64,000 nt of DNA from assembly GCF_024521635.1 (NCBI RefSeq), contig NW_026250408.1, positions 62,001 through 126,000 on the forward strand, written 5' to 3'. Numbering within the stretch: the first letter of the stretch is position 1; the number at the start of each line of letters is the position of its first letter. Positions 26,690 to 39,349 of this stretch are shown piece by piece. A program made the translations under genes and the position numbers. A model generated the notes under the pieces. It made no database searches. It was not told where the DNA came from and saw only the letters and a program-made list of their open reading frames with translations. The DNA comes from Tricharina praecox (lineage: Eukaryota).

Positions 26690-28290
26690 ATGTCGAACTT
26701 CTGGAACCGCGTTCTATGGCGCCGGGCGCCAGGCCGTGAGCCTGCCACTACCACACCTCACATGTCGATACCGCCCTGGCAGCCACCGACTCGGCCGCGA
26801 ACACTCCGGATTCGCTGCATCCCACCCCATGTCACGCAAGATGAGCTTAGAGTCTATCTGAAAGAGCTTCTTGGATACGACGGTTTCATACTTTCGTTGT
26901 TTCCTTCGAAAAGGGATGCGATTGCGACCATTACCCTCACCGAGGGGGAGCCTCCAACCTTTTCCGAATGTTCCCCAGGTACCAGAATCTACCTTTCGTA
27001 CCCGGAAACAGTCGCTGGCCTGGTGGTTGACTGCGACTTTCTTGGGATCACGCCGTTGTACAGCGCGCAGATGCCCGTAGTGGGGTAGTGCCCGCCCTCG
27101 TGTGCGTTGGTTTGCCGCTGACGAAACCCCAAGTATTATTGCTGTGACGGGCCTCGCCGATCACGCGTATGAATCGTGGAAACCGCGGCACCAGCCGAAG
27201 ATGTGGCTACGGGACTTTTTGCCGTCGGAGATAGGCGAGCACATCAGGATCCTCACCTTCGGCTACGACACGAGCCGCCGAGACGATAGGGACGCCCCGA
27301 CTATTCACACTTTTGCGACATCGCTGTTGAAGAGTGTTGCGGGTGCACGTACCGGAGACAATGTATGTGCAATCGAGCTAGCAGCCTCGCTGAGAACGTA
27401 ATAGCTGAACAGATGTCGCCAGGAACGTAACCGTCCCCTGATATTCATCGGCCACAGCCTCGGTGGCCTAGTCATCAAGCAGGTACGTACAAAATGCCGC
27501 TCCACTCGTGGGCACGACTGAAGCTTATAATCCATAGGCAATCGCGCATGCATCGGGACCTGAAGGTCGCGATACCGATAAGGTCATCTTGAGCTCGTGT
27601 GTTGGTATCTTTTTTTTTGGAGTACCCTCCAGAGGTCTTGACCTCAGACGCTTGAGGACGCTAGTACGCGAGCCGAAGCATGCAGACTACATCTACAACC
27701 TGTCGGAAGACTCGGACTTCTTAAGGTTCACTTGTGACGATTTCCTGCGAGCGGTCGAAGTTCATCTCGGGGGTTGCCAGATTGTGTCCTTTTTTGAAAC
27801 TAGAGACACTCGAGCTGTGGGCGTCCACCCGGATGGAAGTTGGACACGGAGTGGCGCGATGATCCGGGCAGTCCCGGAGGCGTCAGCAACCTTTGGCCCC
27901 AGGCCTCACGGGGTCATGCATAAGTACGTAGCAATCGCTGCCGACCACTCAACCATGGTGAAATTCGCCCACAATAGCGACCCCCACTACACAATAGTTC
28001 GGGAACGGCTGTCCGAGTGTGTCCGGAAAGCTTCAAGAACGCAACACGGGCTTCCGGATCGGCCCCTCGCGGGTGAACAGGATACACCCGAGGGAGAAGT
28101 GAGTTCACGTACGATGGTCAGCATGCTTCTCGGGCTCCGTCTGGATAATGATGGTGGCTAACGATCACTTATTTAGCTGGTAAAACAGCGAGTAGAATTC
28201 AACATCGGAAACACGCGTTACAAAGGTTCTCCAGCATCCGGAGCACCAGCCACGCGGACTCGGAAACCACGACCGATATCCAGAACATGA
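26690..28290 (+). CDS. SesB-like alpha/beta-hydrolase (lipase-fold, DUF676-like) NLR effector; 5 exons
   Basis: IIAVTGL...WLRDFLP...RILTFGYD; nucleophile elbow PLIFIGHSLGG; GIFFFGVP; IVSFFET; ADHSTMVKF. Introns 27085-27133 (weak donor), 27363-27422, 27483-27537, 28099-28176. TGA at 28288-28290. Could instead be the N-terminal domain of a fused NLR (see findings). Confidence 0.75.
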
Positions 28291-31200
28291 CAACAAAAAA
28301 TAGCACCGGTGTCGCAAGTATCACTCGTGCCTACAGCGGCTCGAGGCACAACGAAATTCGAGACTCGCAATTCAGGGGGCCCGTAGGATTCGGTTCGTAG
28401 CCTGTTCTATGCAACGACGAGGAAACACTTTACCTGATCATCCTTCCATCTTGATTTAGGAACTACGTCGATTCACTACTACCAGCAGCCTGATCCACAA
28501 ACCGTAGAATCCTTGGGAAAGTTCGGTAGGTTGGAGGAAACCCGTACGGTACATACTTCCCATAGCTAATCTTCGCTGGACCATAAAGCAGAAGCCCATT
28601 GTGCCAATGGCGCCGGATTCAACTCACGTCGTTTGGAACACGAGCCAAGATGCTTAGACGACACCCGAGTTGCCCTCCTTGAGGAAATTATGCGCTGGGC
28701 GGACGCGCCCAATCACGGTGCATGCATCTTTTGGTTGAATGGAATGGCCGGTACTGGAAAGTCGACCATAGCTCGTACGGTCGCTCGGAAATGGGCCGAT
28801 GAGAAACGACTCGGTGCAAGTTTCTTCTTTTCCCGAGGTCACGGCGATCTTTCTCATGCTTCGAAACTTTCCGCTACCATTGCATACCAGCTACCGTGTG
28901 CCCAGCCGGAACTTGCCGCCGGTTTGCTCAAGGTGTATGCGACAACCCCGATGTCGCTAGACAAAGCCTACGCGAGCAGTGGAAACATCTTATCCTTGAA
29001 CCGCTTTCTCAGATGAGCGGTGGATCACCCCAACTGCAGTCTGTGATAATAGTTGTCGATGCGTTGGACGAGTGCGACAATGAAAAAGATACTGGACTGA
29101 TCCTTGAACTTATTTCCCAAGCGAGATCTGTCAGCTCTGTGCGGCTGCTAGTGTTTGTCACCAGCAGGCCAGAAACTCCGATTCGCCATCAGTTCGAAGC
29201 GATATCCCAAGATATCCATCGGGATTTTATTCTTCATAGCATCTCTAACCCAATCGTCAACCACGATATATTGGTTTTTCTCGGACACGAGCTGGACGGA
29301 ATCCGGAGACGTCATCACCTCGCAGGGACGTTGGAATGGCCGGACAAAGCAAGCCAGGATCATCTCATCGAGAAGGCGGGTGGATTGTTTATCTACGCTG
29401 CAACGGTATGCCGGTTCATTGGGCATGTGGACAGTTATCCGCCACAACGCCTCAGTTTGGTTTTGAAAGATAGCATGGAAGATGGATCGCCGACGGAACA
29501 ACTCGACTTGATGTACACGACGATCTTACGATACGCAGTAATTAAAGATAGCGACTCTCAGCAGAGAACGAAGAAGCTCTTGCAACGGTTCAGGCGGATA
29601 GTCGGAGCCATCGTGGTACTAATCGACGCCCTAACCGCCGGTGTACTAGGCCAACTCCTAAACACGGAACCGAGGGAGGTGGAGCGAACATTGGATTCCC
29701 TGAGCTCCGTGTTGGGATATTCCAATAGCGAGGACGTTCCGATCACGGTTCTGCATCTGTCTTTCTGCGATTATTTATTGAGTGATCAAAGATGCACTGA
29801 TGATCGGTTCAGAATAGTTGGGCGAGAGGCGCACAACGATCTTTTGGTCAGCTGCCTCGAGCTCATGTCAAAGCGCCTAAAGCAGGATCTGTGTGGTCTG
29901 GGGTACGGGGGTACGCTCACAAGCGAAATCGACGATAGTACAGTACGGCGTTACCTTCCCCAGGAGGTTCAGTATGCGTGCCGGTATTGGGTCGATCATC
30001 TACACGGAATTGACGTCGAACTCCGTAACGAGGAACCATTACACGACCGAGTACACAGTTTCATCAAGGAGCACTTCCTCCACTGGCTCGAGGCTCTCAG
30101 CCTAATGGGCAGGATAGCGGATGGCGTTGTCATGATCAAGACGTTTGACTCTATACTTACGGTGAGCGATCCGGAACATCTTGAGCTTTATTTCTTTCTG
30201 GAGAGATGTCGTCTAGCCAAGCGTCAATGGATGGAACTGGATGAGAATCTCGGACTCCAATTGTCTGCGAATGGGGATTCCTGCCGGCTCATGATGTGCC
30301 CTTAGACGCGAAATCCTGCTAACATTGCACTCTAGGCCAAAGCCAGTCCTCACTTGACCGCAATGGCAGGTGACGCAGTGCGATTCGTACTCAGTTTCAG
30401 ATCAATCATCGAGATTGCGCCTCTCCAAGTATATTGTTCTGCTCAAACCCTCAGCCCGGAAAAAAGCATACTCCGAGAGCAATTTTGAGACTGTATCCCA
30501 AGCTGGATTAGCGGCTTGCCGAGAGTTCCCGCACACTGGGACTCGATGTTACAGGTGCTTGACGGACACACACATTGGGTCAAGATAGTGTCATTCTCGC
30601 CCGACGGCAGGTTTCTCGCATCGGCATCGTACGACCGTACCGTTCGGCTCTGGGATCCGACGACGGGCACCTGCCGCAACACCCTTAAGGGCCATTCAAA
30701 CGTCGTTATAGCCGTAGCATTCTCGCCTGATGGCAAGCACATCGCATCGGCATCGTCTGACAGAACCGTACGGCTCTGGGATCTGATGACAGGGACCTGC
30801 CGTGGCGTTCTCGAAGGCCATTCGAGCACCGTCACTTCAGTGGCATTCTCGTTCGATGGTAAAATTCTCGCGTCGGCATCGGACGACAATACCCTCCGCC
30901 TGTGGGATACGAAGACTAGAACCTGCCATAGTACTCTCAAGGGTCATTCGCTGCCGGTCTCTGCAGTGGTATTCTCGCCGAATGGCAATCTCCTCGCGTC
31001 GGCGTCATCCGATAGCACCGTCCGGCTCTGGAATCCGGCAAAGGGCACCTGCAGCGGCACACTCAAAGGCCATTCAGGCTCGGTCTATGCAGTGGCATTC
31101 TCGTCTGACGGCGAACTCCTCGCGTCGGGATCGGACAACCATACCGTCCGACTGTGGTATCCGACGATAGGCACCTTTGGCGACACTCTCGAAGGCCATT

Positions 31201-32609
31201 CGGATCCAATCTCTGCAGTGGCATTCTCGCCCGACGGGAAACTTCTCGCATCTGCGTCGTCCGACGGCACCATTCGGCTCTGGGACCCTATCACTACGCT
31301 CTGCCGCGCTGTCCTTAGGAGCCATTCTCTGTCGGTCTATGAATTGGCATTCTCGCCCGATAGTAGGTTTCTCGCGTCGGCATCGTACGACCGTACCGTC
31401 CGGCTCTGGGATCCCGTGACAGGCACCTGCAGCGGCACACTCGAAGGCCATTCAGGCTCGGTCTCGGCAGTGGCATTCTCGCCCGATAGCAAGCTTCTCG
31501 CCTCAGCATCGGACGACCATACTGTACGACTGTGGGATCCGACAATACTTACCGGTGGTGACACTCTCGAGGGCCATCTAGGCTCGGTAATTGCAATTGC
31601 GTTTTCGCCAGATGGCAAGGCTCTTGCTTCGGCATCGGACGACAGTACCATCCGGCTCTGGGATCCAGCAACGGGGGTTTCTCAGGGCACTCTTGAGGGA
31701 CATTCGGTTTTGGTGCGGGCAGTGGTATTCTCGCCTGATAGCACACTACTCGCATCCGCATCGTCAGACAATACCGTTCGCCTCTGGGATTTGATGACGA
31801 GTACCTGCCGTTGCATTCTTGAGCGCCATTCGAGCTCGGTAATTGCAGTGGCATTCTCACCCGACGGCAAGCTTCTCGCCTCGGCATCGTCCAACGGTGA
31901 TACCGTTCGGCTCTGGGACTCGATGAACGGCACCTGTCGAAACACTCTCAAAGGTCATTCAAGCGCTGTTAGGGCAGTGGTATTCTCGCCCGATGGGAAG
32001 TTTCTCGCGTCAGCATCATACGACAATACCGTACGGCTATGGGATCCGACGACGGGCACCTGCCTCGGGACCCTCGAAGGCCATTCAGGCTCGGTCTCTG
32101 CAGTGGCATTCTCGCCCGATGGCACGCTTATCGCCTCGGCATCGGACGACCATACCGTTCGGCTCTGGACTTCGAACACGATGACCAGCCAGAGCATTAT
32201 TGAAGGGCTTTCAGGCTCGTGTTTAGTAGTGGAATTTTCGCCAGACGGCCAGCTCCTCACATCCAGATCCGACGATAACACCGTCAGCTTCTGGCACATC
32301 GGTTTGGGCGATGCAATCGGTACGGTAAACGCAAGAGAAATATCCCAGTTGTCTCTTATCGACGGTGGTCGCATTAAAACTTATGGTGGAGTATCTGCAC
32401 CTGCCCATCTTACGCATCAATTGCGAGCCAATTTACCATTCATGTTGTGTGTACGTGGGGACTGGTTATCCTTAGGGATGCGGAAACTATTCTTGCTTCC
32501 CCCTGATTATCGAGCGGGGTGTTACGCTGTCCATGACAACGTCATCGCTCTTGGGCATCGCTCAGGAAGAGTTTCCTTCATGAAACTTAATCTAGACTTG
32601 ATTTCATAG
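28287..32609 (+). pseudogene. HET-E-like NACHT-WD40 NLR with 14 WD40 repeats, disrupted
   Basis: HEPRCLDDTR, Walker A GMAGTGKST, LGASFFFSR, Walker B IIVVDALDEC, VTSRPE, FLHWLEALSL, then 14 GH-x-x-x-V-x-x-VAFSPDG repeats. One-base frameshift near 28921 and in-frame TGA at 30486-30488. Introns 28393-28459, 28526-28591, ~30162-30335. Confidence 0.85.
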
Positions 32610-34054
32610 GTTGTGCCCCTCCAAATCCGCGGGGACTAGTAGGATCTAGCTGACTATTCTTAGGTGATATCTCGCTGTCTGGATCTGGGTATTCTCGACT
32701 GCAATGTTCCGGGAGCCAATGGTTTCGTTTTTCTTCGGGATTGCCACATTCTTTGTTCCGATGTTTGTCATGGCAGATATGTTGGCAGCCTCACTAAATG
32801 GGTTATGTTTCGTGGTTGGAAAACTTTGCGTATGGATTGGTACAGTGGGAACTTCGTGAGTGATACAAGGACTGCATATGTATCGTACAGTACAAAGTGG
32901 GAAGGATCCGGGAGTATGTACATATATCTGGGGCTCCAGGGCTGTGGCTTTGGATGGAGAGTTGCACGTGGAGGCCTACGACTACTGCGGCAAGCATCAC
33001 GTGAAATCTTTGCAACTTTCCCGCACGTTCCCTATTGCTCACCGTTCTGAGTTCAGCGGCATACTCTCCACTCCGCCGATCCACTTCCATCGCGACAGAT
33101 CACCACTCCGCAGGACTGAGACTCCAAGTTGCGGTTCTCAAGCAACCGTCGATATCTCGCTGGACTCATGGATTCTCACTACCGGACTGGACGGGCATGA
33201 TCCTACTAGTAGATGAGACTGCCTCGGATGGCCGCCGACTGTTGCCTCCCTTCGGAAAAATGTCCGAACTCGTATGGCAATACTATGAATCGTCGAACTG
33301 CGAGGAGCAGAGGCCCCGCCATAATCATCACGGGTTGATATCAACGGTCACCACACACCGACTTGACAGTACACACAAACGACCCGCCAGTCACAGCTTT
33401 TTCGTGCATCTTAGCATACCTAGTCGGTAATGATTGTTGGACTTGAGAGAGACAGATCTTCCTGTTTTATTTCGCATGCAGCCTATCTAGACTATGGAGA
33501 ACCGTCGCACTCCTTTCCTGCCCACTCTGGCCGGCCGGCGGTTAGGATCCCGCTACCATCCAGCACGATGTGGCGCCGCTGCCTACCAAACAAATAACAA
33601 ATGAAATCGCACCAAGAACATCTCACAGCCCATCCTCATCTCCTGCTTCTTCATTTTTTGTTGGACTTGATTGAACCCGCACTGCCACAATGTGGAATCA
33701 GCGAGTGACCTGCTATGTTTGTGCAACCATAGCTACTGTAACTTTACAGTTTACTCAGTAAAGCCATGTGCTCCATGGGTAGGGGAAAAATCACACTACA
33801 AAATGGGATCACCCGAAGATCGATAGCCTGTAGATCTTCGTACGGATGAAACGGTAGTTTTTTAGAAAACAAAACAGCATTAAGGGCTCCCTACAATTCT
33901 CATCACCGCCTATCCGTACCAAATCACGTCTTTCTTCGCGGACACAGTGCAACCGAGTTCGACATGTCTTCCAAATCAGCACAAAGACATTTAACTCTCT
34001 CGTCCACACCCAGTAGTACCCACCGCCTATTTTTTCTGTAGCATAGCCGCCTGC

Positions 34055-37000
34055 CTATCTGGAAGCACGGGCGATGCGACCGTCCGCGTTGGACAAGTCC
34101 TCGTCGTCGTCCTCGGCCATTTCCTTCGCCGCGCCGGTCTCCCACCACATGGGGCCGCGTCTTGCCGTGCGCTCGGCGTCGGTCTCGAAGCGTGAGCAGC
34201 CGAGCGAGGCATCCCACACGATCCCGTCGAGATACTCGTATTCCGGACCGTACAGCTTCGAGACACCGCCGGCCTCCACGTCTTCGCCGCGAGGGCAGGT
34301 GAGTGCACCCCATGGGATGGCGCGCGGCGGCTTCTCGTATAGTGAGTAGTCCCAGGTGGGCGCGAGCGGGGGAAGACCGAGTGGGGGTAGGTCGCCCTCG
34401 AAGATATGCACCTGACCGTCGACGCTCATGGGGAGGCGGTGGTGGTAGCCGGGCACTTTCAACATGTTGAGGAACCGCATGGTCTCGCGTTGGCTGGTTA
34501 GAATGCTGTCGGGATTGTTACCCTTCATGAACTTAGGGTTGCCCGTAGCAGCGTAGACGAGGGCACGCTTCTGCGCGGGCTCGAAGGGCGCGGCGCGAGC
34601 GTCAACCGGGGCGTCGCTCTGGGCGCTTGAGACTGGAGGTGCGGCGTGCAGCGGCTGACCGGATTCGCTCTTGTGGAAGAAGCCGGGAATCCTGGTCGGT
34701 GCAATCGAAACCGGCCCAGAGCTCAAGCCAGTATAAACTGACGGAGTGGAATGCTGGATCGCCGCCGGACCACCCACAGCTGGCACAGGCGTGGCGACTT
34801 GCTTAAGCAATTGGACGGTTGCCTTTGCGGGAGCCGATGAGTGCGGGGTCGCGGTTTCAGCTCCTCCTACAGAGGTCGGAACACGCACGGCTGACGGATT
34901 ACCGGCGATGCGACCTGAGTTGTCGGTGAGATTACCGCGACGAACGACGCCTGCACCGGTGGTGTCTTGAGCGGACGCCTTGTTGAAATACGCCGGGTCC
35001 GACGGTTCCACCTCCTTCCCCTTGCGCGAGGCGTTGCCGATAATACCTGGATTGTCGGTGCGATTGCCGGGACGAGAGGCCCAACTACAGGGGGTGGGCG
35101 TGTTAAAAACATACGCCGGGACCGATAATTTCGTGCGCCTCCCGTTGCGTGAGGCGTCGCCGATGCTACCTGAGGTGTCGATGCGATTACCGGGACGAAA
35201 GGCTCCAGTATCGGTGGTGTCTTGAGTTGACGGCTTGCTGAAAACATTCGCCTGGTCTGACGATGTCACGCGCAAATCGTTGCGCGAGGCGTAGTCACCA
35301 CAATACCTAGCGGCAGTTTGCTCTGCGTTATCTTCCGCCTTCATTATTCCATCACGGTAGTTTCCTGGAGAAGATTCTGGCAGCATATCGATCTGATGGG
35401 CAAGCTCCGACTCATGCTTGCGCATTTGAGAAGCACCAGGACGCGACAACTTCGATAAACCTCTCTGACCAGTTGCAAGGTTGCGATTGGTAACCTTGCG
35501 GGACGATGAACCACCATCCTGCTGGAAGGTACTCCCATTGCCTTCGTTACGGAATGGACCGAAACGTGACGAACCGCTGAGAGCAGGCTTGGGCGGCCCA
35601 AAGTCACTCCTAGAGGGACCGGAAGAAGATTGTAGATCAAGGTTCCTACGGCCTATAGCCATCTGTGAGATCTTCTTGGAAAACGCCTCCTGCTGCGGAT
35701 CGAACTGCTCGGGAGATTGCTTCGCCATGAGGAACTGACGACGAGCCGAACCGGACTTATCGCCTTTCGGGGTAGGTGACGCAGGAGTCGATGGGCGAGA
35801 GTACGAAGCACCATCGCTATTGGTGATGCTATCGGCATCTCCCCATAAGTTGTTGCAGTTCCGCATGGATCCATGCAGAGCTTTGGAGTTCCAATTTTCA
35901 GCGACGGATGGTGCAGGGAAGTCGCCTTCGGGAGAATGCAGAGGTTGCTGGGTTTCTGGCTCGTCTTGTAGGAGCGCCTCTTCCTTGGCCTCGACAGCAT
36001 CGAAGAAACTATACACGTCGAAGTCCTTTAGATTCCCCTCTGTGATGGTGAACGGTTACCCATTAGCTTGGAGATCGTCTTTGAGGATAATTGACTTTCG
36101 ACATACCATTTGATAGCAACGGGTCGGTCTTTGATGGTTGGTTAGGGTATAGATAACTATTGTGGTTTCTCATATCGATTTCGATCAGCGAACTGTCTTT
36201 CTCACGAAGATGACGATCCTTCTCCCGTGCGACTTCCATTTCAGCGAAGAAACGGTCCTGGGTATTTGGACTCATGCGCAGGCGGGAATCCGTCTGAGTC
36301 GTGGGTTTCCTCGTGGCGGTTGTAGCAGTACCGGTTGAAGGCATAAAGTCTATTGTAGTCAGAACGGAATTCAAATATAATGATAACCACAGAGAAGAGA
36401 ACCCACCTCGACTACTACCTACTACCGACGAGGAATGATTTGGGTTCCTCCCATTTGCACTCAGCTCGCCCCAAGCCTCAGCCAGACGCCGCTGAGTCTT
36501 CTGCGCTTCAATCAACTCCGCCTGCGTCAGACGACTGGGACCTGTTTGTGGTACAGCCTTGCCAGTTTCAACTTGTTGCTGCAAACCATCACCATGCGAC
36601 GAAAGAGAACGATCCGTCCAATTGTCCACAGCGTAGTTGTTCTGCTGCTCCAAAGTCATCGTAGCTCCAGCAGGAGGTAAGTTGAGACCAGGCGGGCCAG
36701 CTTGCGTAGGCATATCACCGAACTGAAGCGGTACAGCCGTACGACGCCATGCTGGTACCGATGGGGTCGGCGTACTCGGCTCTGCCGCCAAACGGCGCCA
36801 TGGAGTCGTACTGTAATCTCCCTTCATCTCCTCAGCTCCGGGCACTTTTTGGCGAAGCTGCAGCAGGCGTGCAGAGTGGAGACTCTTACGAACAGGCGGC
36901 GCCACACGGCCCGTTGCTTGTGGCCTCCCAACAGATGGATCGGTATCCGGATCATCTATCGAGATGCTTGTGGGGATGTGCCGAAGTTGACGGTCCTTTA

Positions 37001-37697
37001 CTTGCGATCTCCCAGCAGATGCGTCAGGATCCTGATCACCCATCGCGATGCTAGTGGGGATGTGACGAGCGTGGGAACCGTCACTGTCACCAGGAGCCCC
37101 AGGACGGGTCTGTAGAGAATTCTCAAAGCCAGGTGGAGGTCGCATCGCGCCACAGTTTCCGAATTGATCCATCTCCCCGCCCATCGAAATGGATCGGCTG
37201 TGTTGTTGAGATTGGAGTCCACCGAGACCCGGGGGCGGATTCGGAATTGGGAAGGAATTCTGTGACGGCATCGTATATGGCGGCATAAAAGGTGGCACTG
37301 AACCACTAACCGAAGATCGACGCGGACCCTGGGCGAAATTCCCGAACCCTGGAGGCATGTTCGGGCCTTGAGTCGCACAAGGTTAGACATGTATCTTCTA
37401 AGAGCAAGGCAGGAACATACCATTACTTGCGGGCTGACCTCCGGCAGGAACCCCACCGAAAGTACGGGCCAAGGGGTTCCACTGCCCACCGAATCCTGGA
37501 GGAGGCCCCGGATTATTGACAGGAAGGTGGCCTGGGATTAGTTGCTGCTGTGGTATCAGGCCTTCGTGAAACTGGGCGAGATCGGAGTAATGTGAAGAAT
37601 CTGCTAAACGAGCGAGATCAGGGTATCCGTGGTAACCAAACGGATCTGGGTATCCGGGGTACTGGGAGGGATCGAAGAATCCCTGTGGCGCTGACAT
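34055..37697 (-). CDS. Large hypothetical protein (~1150 aa), Pro/Gly-rich, internal repeats; 4 exons
   Basis: ORFs 37398-37697, 36063-37358 and 34055-36016 are joined in frame by canonical introns (37367-37420, ~36352-36405, ~36040-36107). ~3 degenerate repeats such as TQDTTDTGAFRPGNRIDTSGSIGDASRNG. Confidence 0.7.
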
Positions 37698-39349
37698 TGT
37701 ACTCCCTGATTACTATTTACCGATGCCTAGGTGCAGTTGTATGTTCTGAATGAGGAAAAGGGAGTGGTAGAAAAGGTGTGGAGATCGGGTAGGAAAATGA
37801 AAGTATGAAGTTGGAGGAAAGGTGTGTGGGTGATGAGAGAGAGGTTAACCTGTAACGGAGGCACTGAAAATCGAACAGAGGCTGTCATATTAAATGCATC
37901 CCACCTGATGTGGCTACTCAGCTAGCCTACTTCGCCCCTAGTGTAGGGCTTGATCAACACTTCCACCAAACGTTGACTGCGAGTGAGTGATAATGCATCC
38001 GCTACCCACTGAACCTTCGTCACCAGGAACAGTCAGGGTCGAATCAGTCCATTTACTTCACACATGGATCACTAAGAGACGAATCAACCGTAAGATGAAC
38101 ACAGCAAGTTGTGAACAGCGAGTTAAGTGATGGGATCAATGCAACTTCTTTCACCCGTGAACGTCCGGCATCTACCAAATATTTAGGTAAGTTCACACTT
38201 CAAGAATGGGAGTGCCGTTTTTTCTGACCACAGCGGATTCAGATGCGATTGCACACACATCTCCCGAAGCCGAGTTGGACTTGAAATCGGCTTCAAAGCA
38301 CCTCCCGATTTTGCAGGTACTTCAGAGTGAACGCCAAAGTCCGCCGCCATGGCCGCCGGTGAAAGCTGATCCCGAGCGATCCACATCGGGACTAGCGAAG
38401 AGTGGCAGGACGATGGCCCCAGCCACCTACACCCGTGACATTGCAAGATACGAAGTGGCGTCGCAGAGGTACGCAGGCAAAATAGTGACAGGAGTTCGCA
38501 GAATTTCGAGCGCGGGAGGCGCTCGCGCGACGGTTACGAGATCAACCGCATTTCTTGTCCCGGCCTCCTATTAGTCTTGAGCCATCCTGTCCATTTGGAC
38601 CGAAACCACTGGCCCACTGGGTCGCAAAATGCTGATGAATTGAAACCAAACATGTCTAGTATTTTATCATTCTTCTAGACGGTTGGAATAAACATTTAGG
38701 GGTTGCCCGATCCGGTAACCGACACTTCCACTGAGAGAGGATTCATCGCTATCCGTGTTGATCCCATTTTAATTCTTCAGGTCTCAGCCTCACTGCTGCT
38801 TCGTCTTCTTCGTCGGCAACTCAACCAATCATCGATCGCAGATCTCTACAGCCCCATGCGGGCGGAACGCAGAGTGAAATGTTCTTGACCGGCGAGGAAA
38901 ACTGCGCGGGTACACAACCACAAAAGACTGACTGGTCGGTGCAAAACAGGGCTTGACTGTGGGTTCCTCTTTTCGAGGCATTCACCACGGTGGTACAACG
39001 AAAGCGTCAAAAACGAAACCAAGACTGTTCTCACCAGAATAGCATTAATACTACCCTTCGACGATAATAACGTTACTACCCTTCGACAAAGCTATCGTTC
39101 CCCATACCTGCAGCGGCACTTCCGCCAATACCTGCCGTTTCGCCCCAGGCTATCTATCGACAATGACCGGCCCAGCCCACGGTCTGCCCCGCACCTCCGG
39201 CGCGCGTCATCGCAACCACTTCCCCTTTCATTCCGACGTCGCCATCAAAAGCATCGATATTTCGCTTTCGACTCGCTAGAGTATTTTCAAGACACGATAA
39301 TGACCACGACCAAGACCAGGGAGATGATTACTGTCACGGACGGGCCTTC

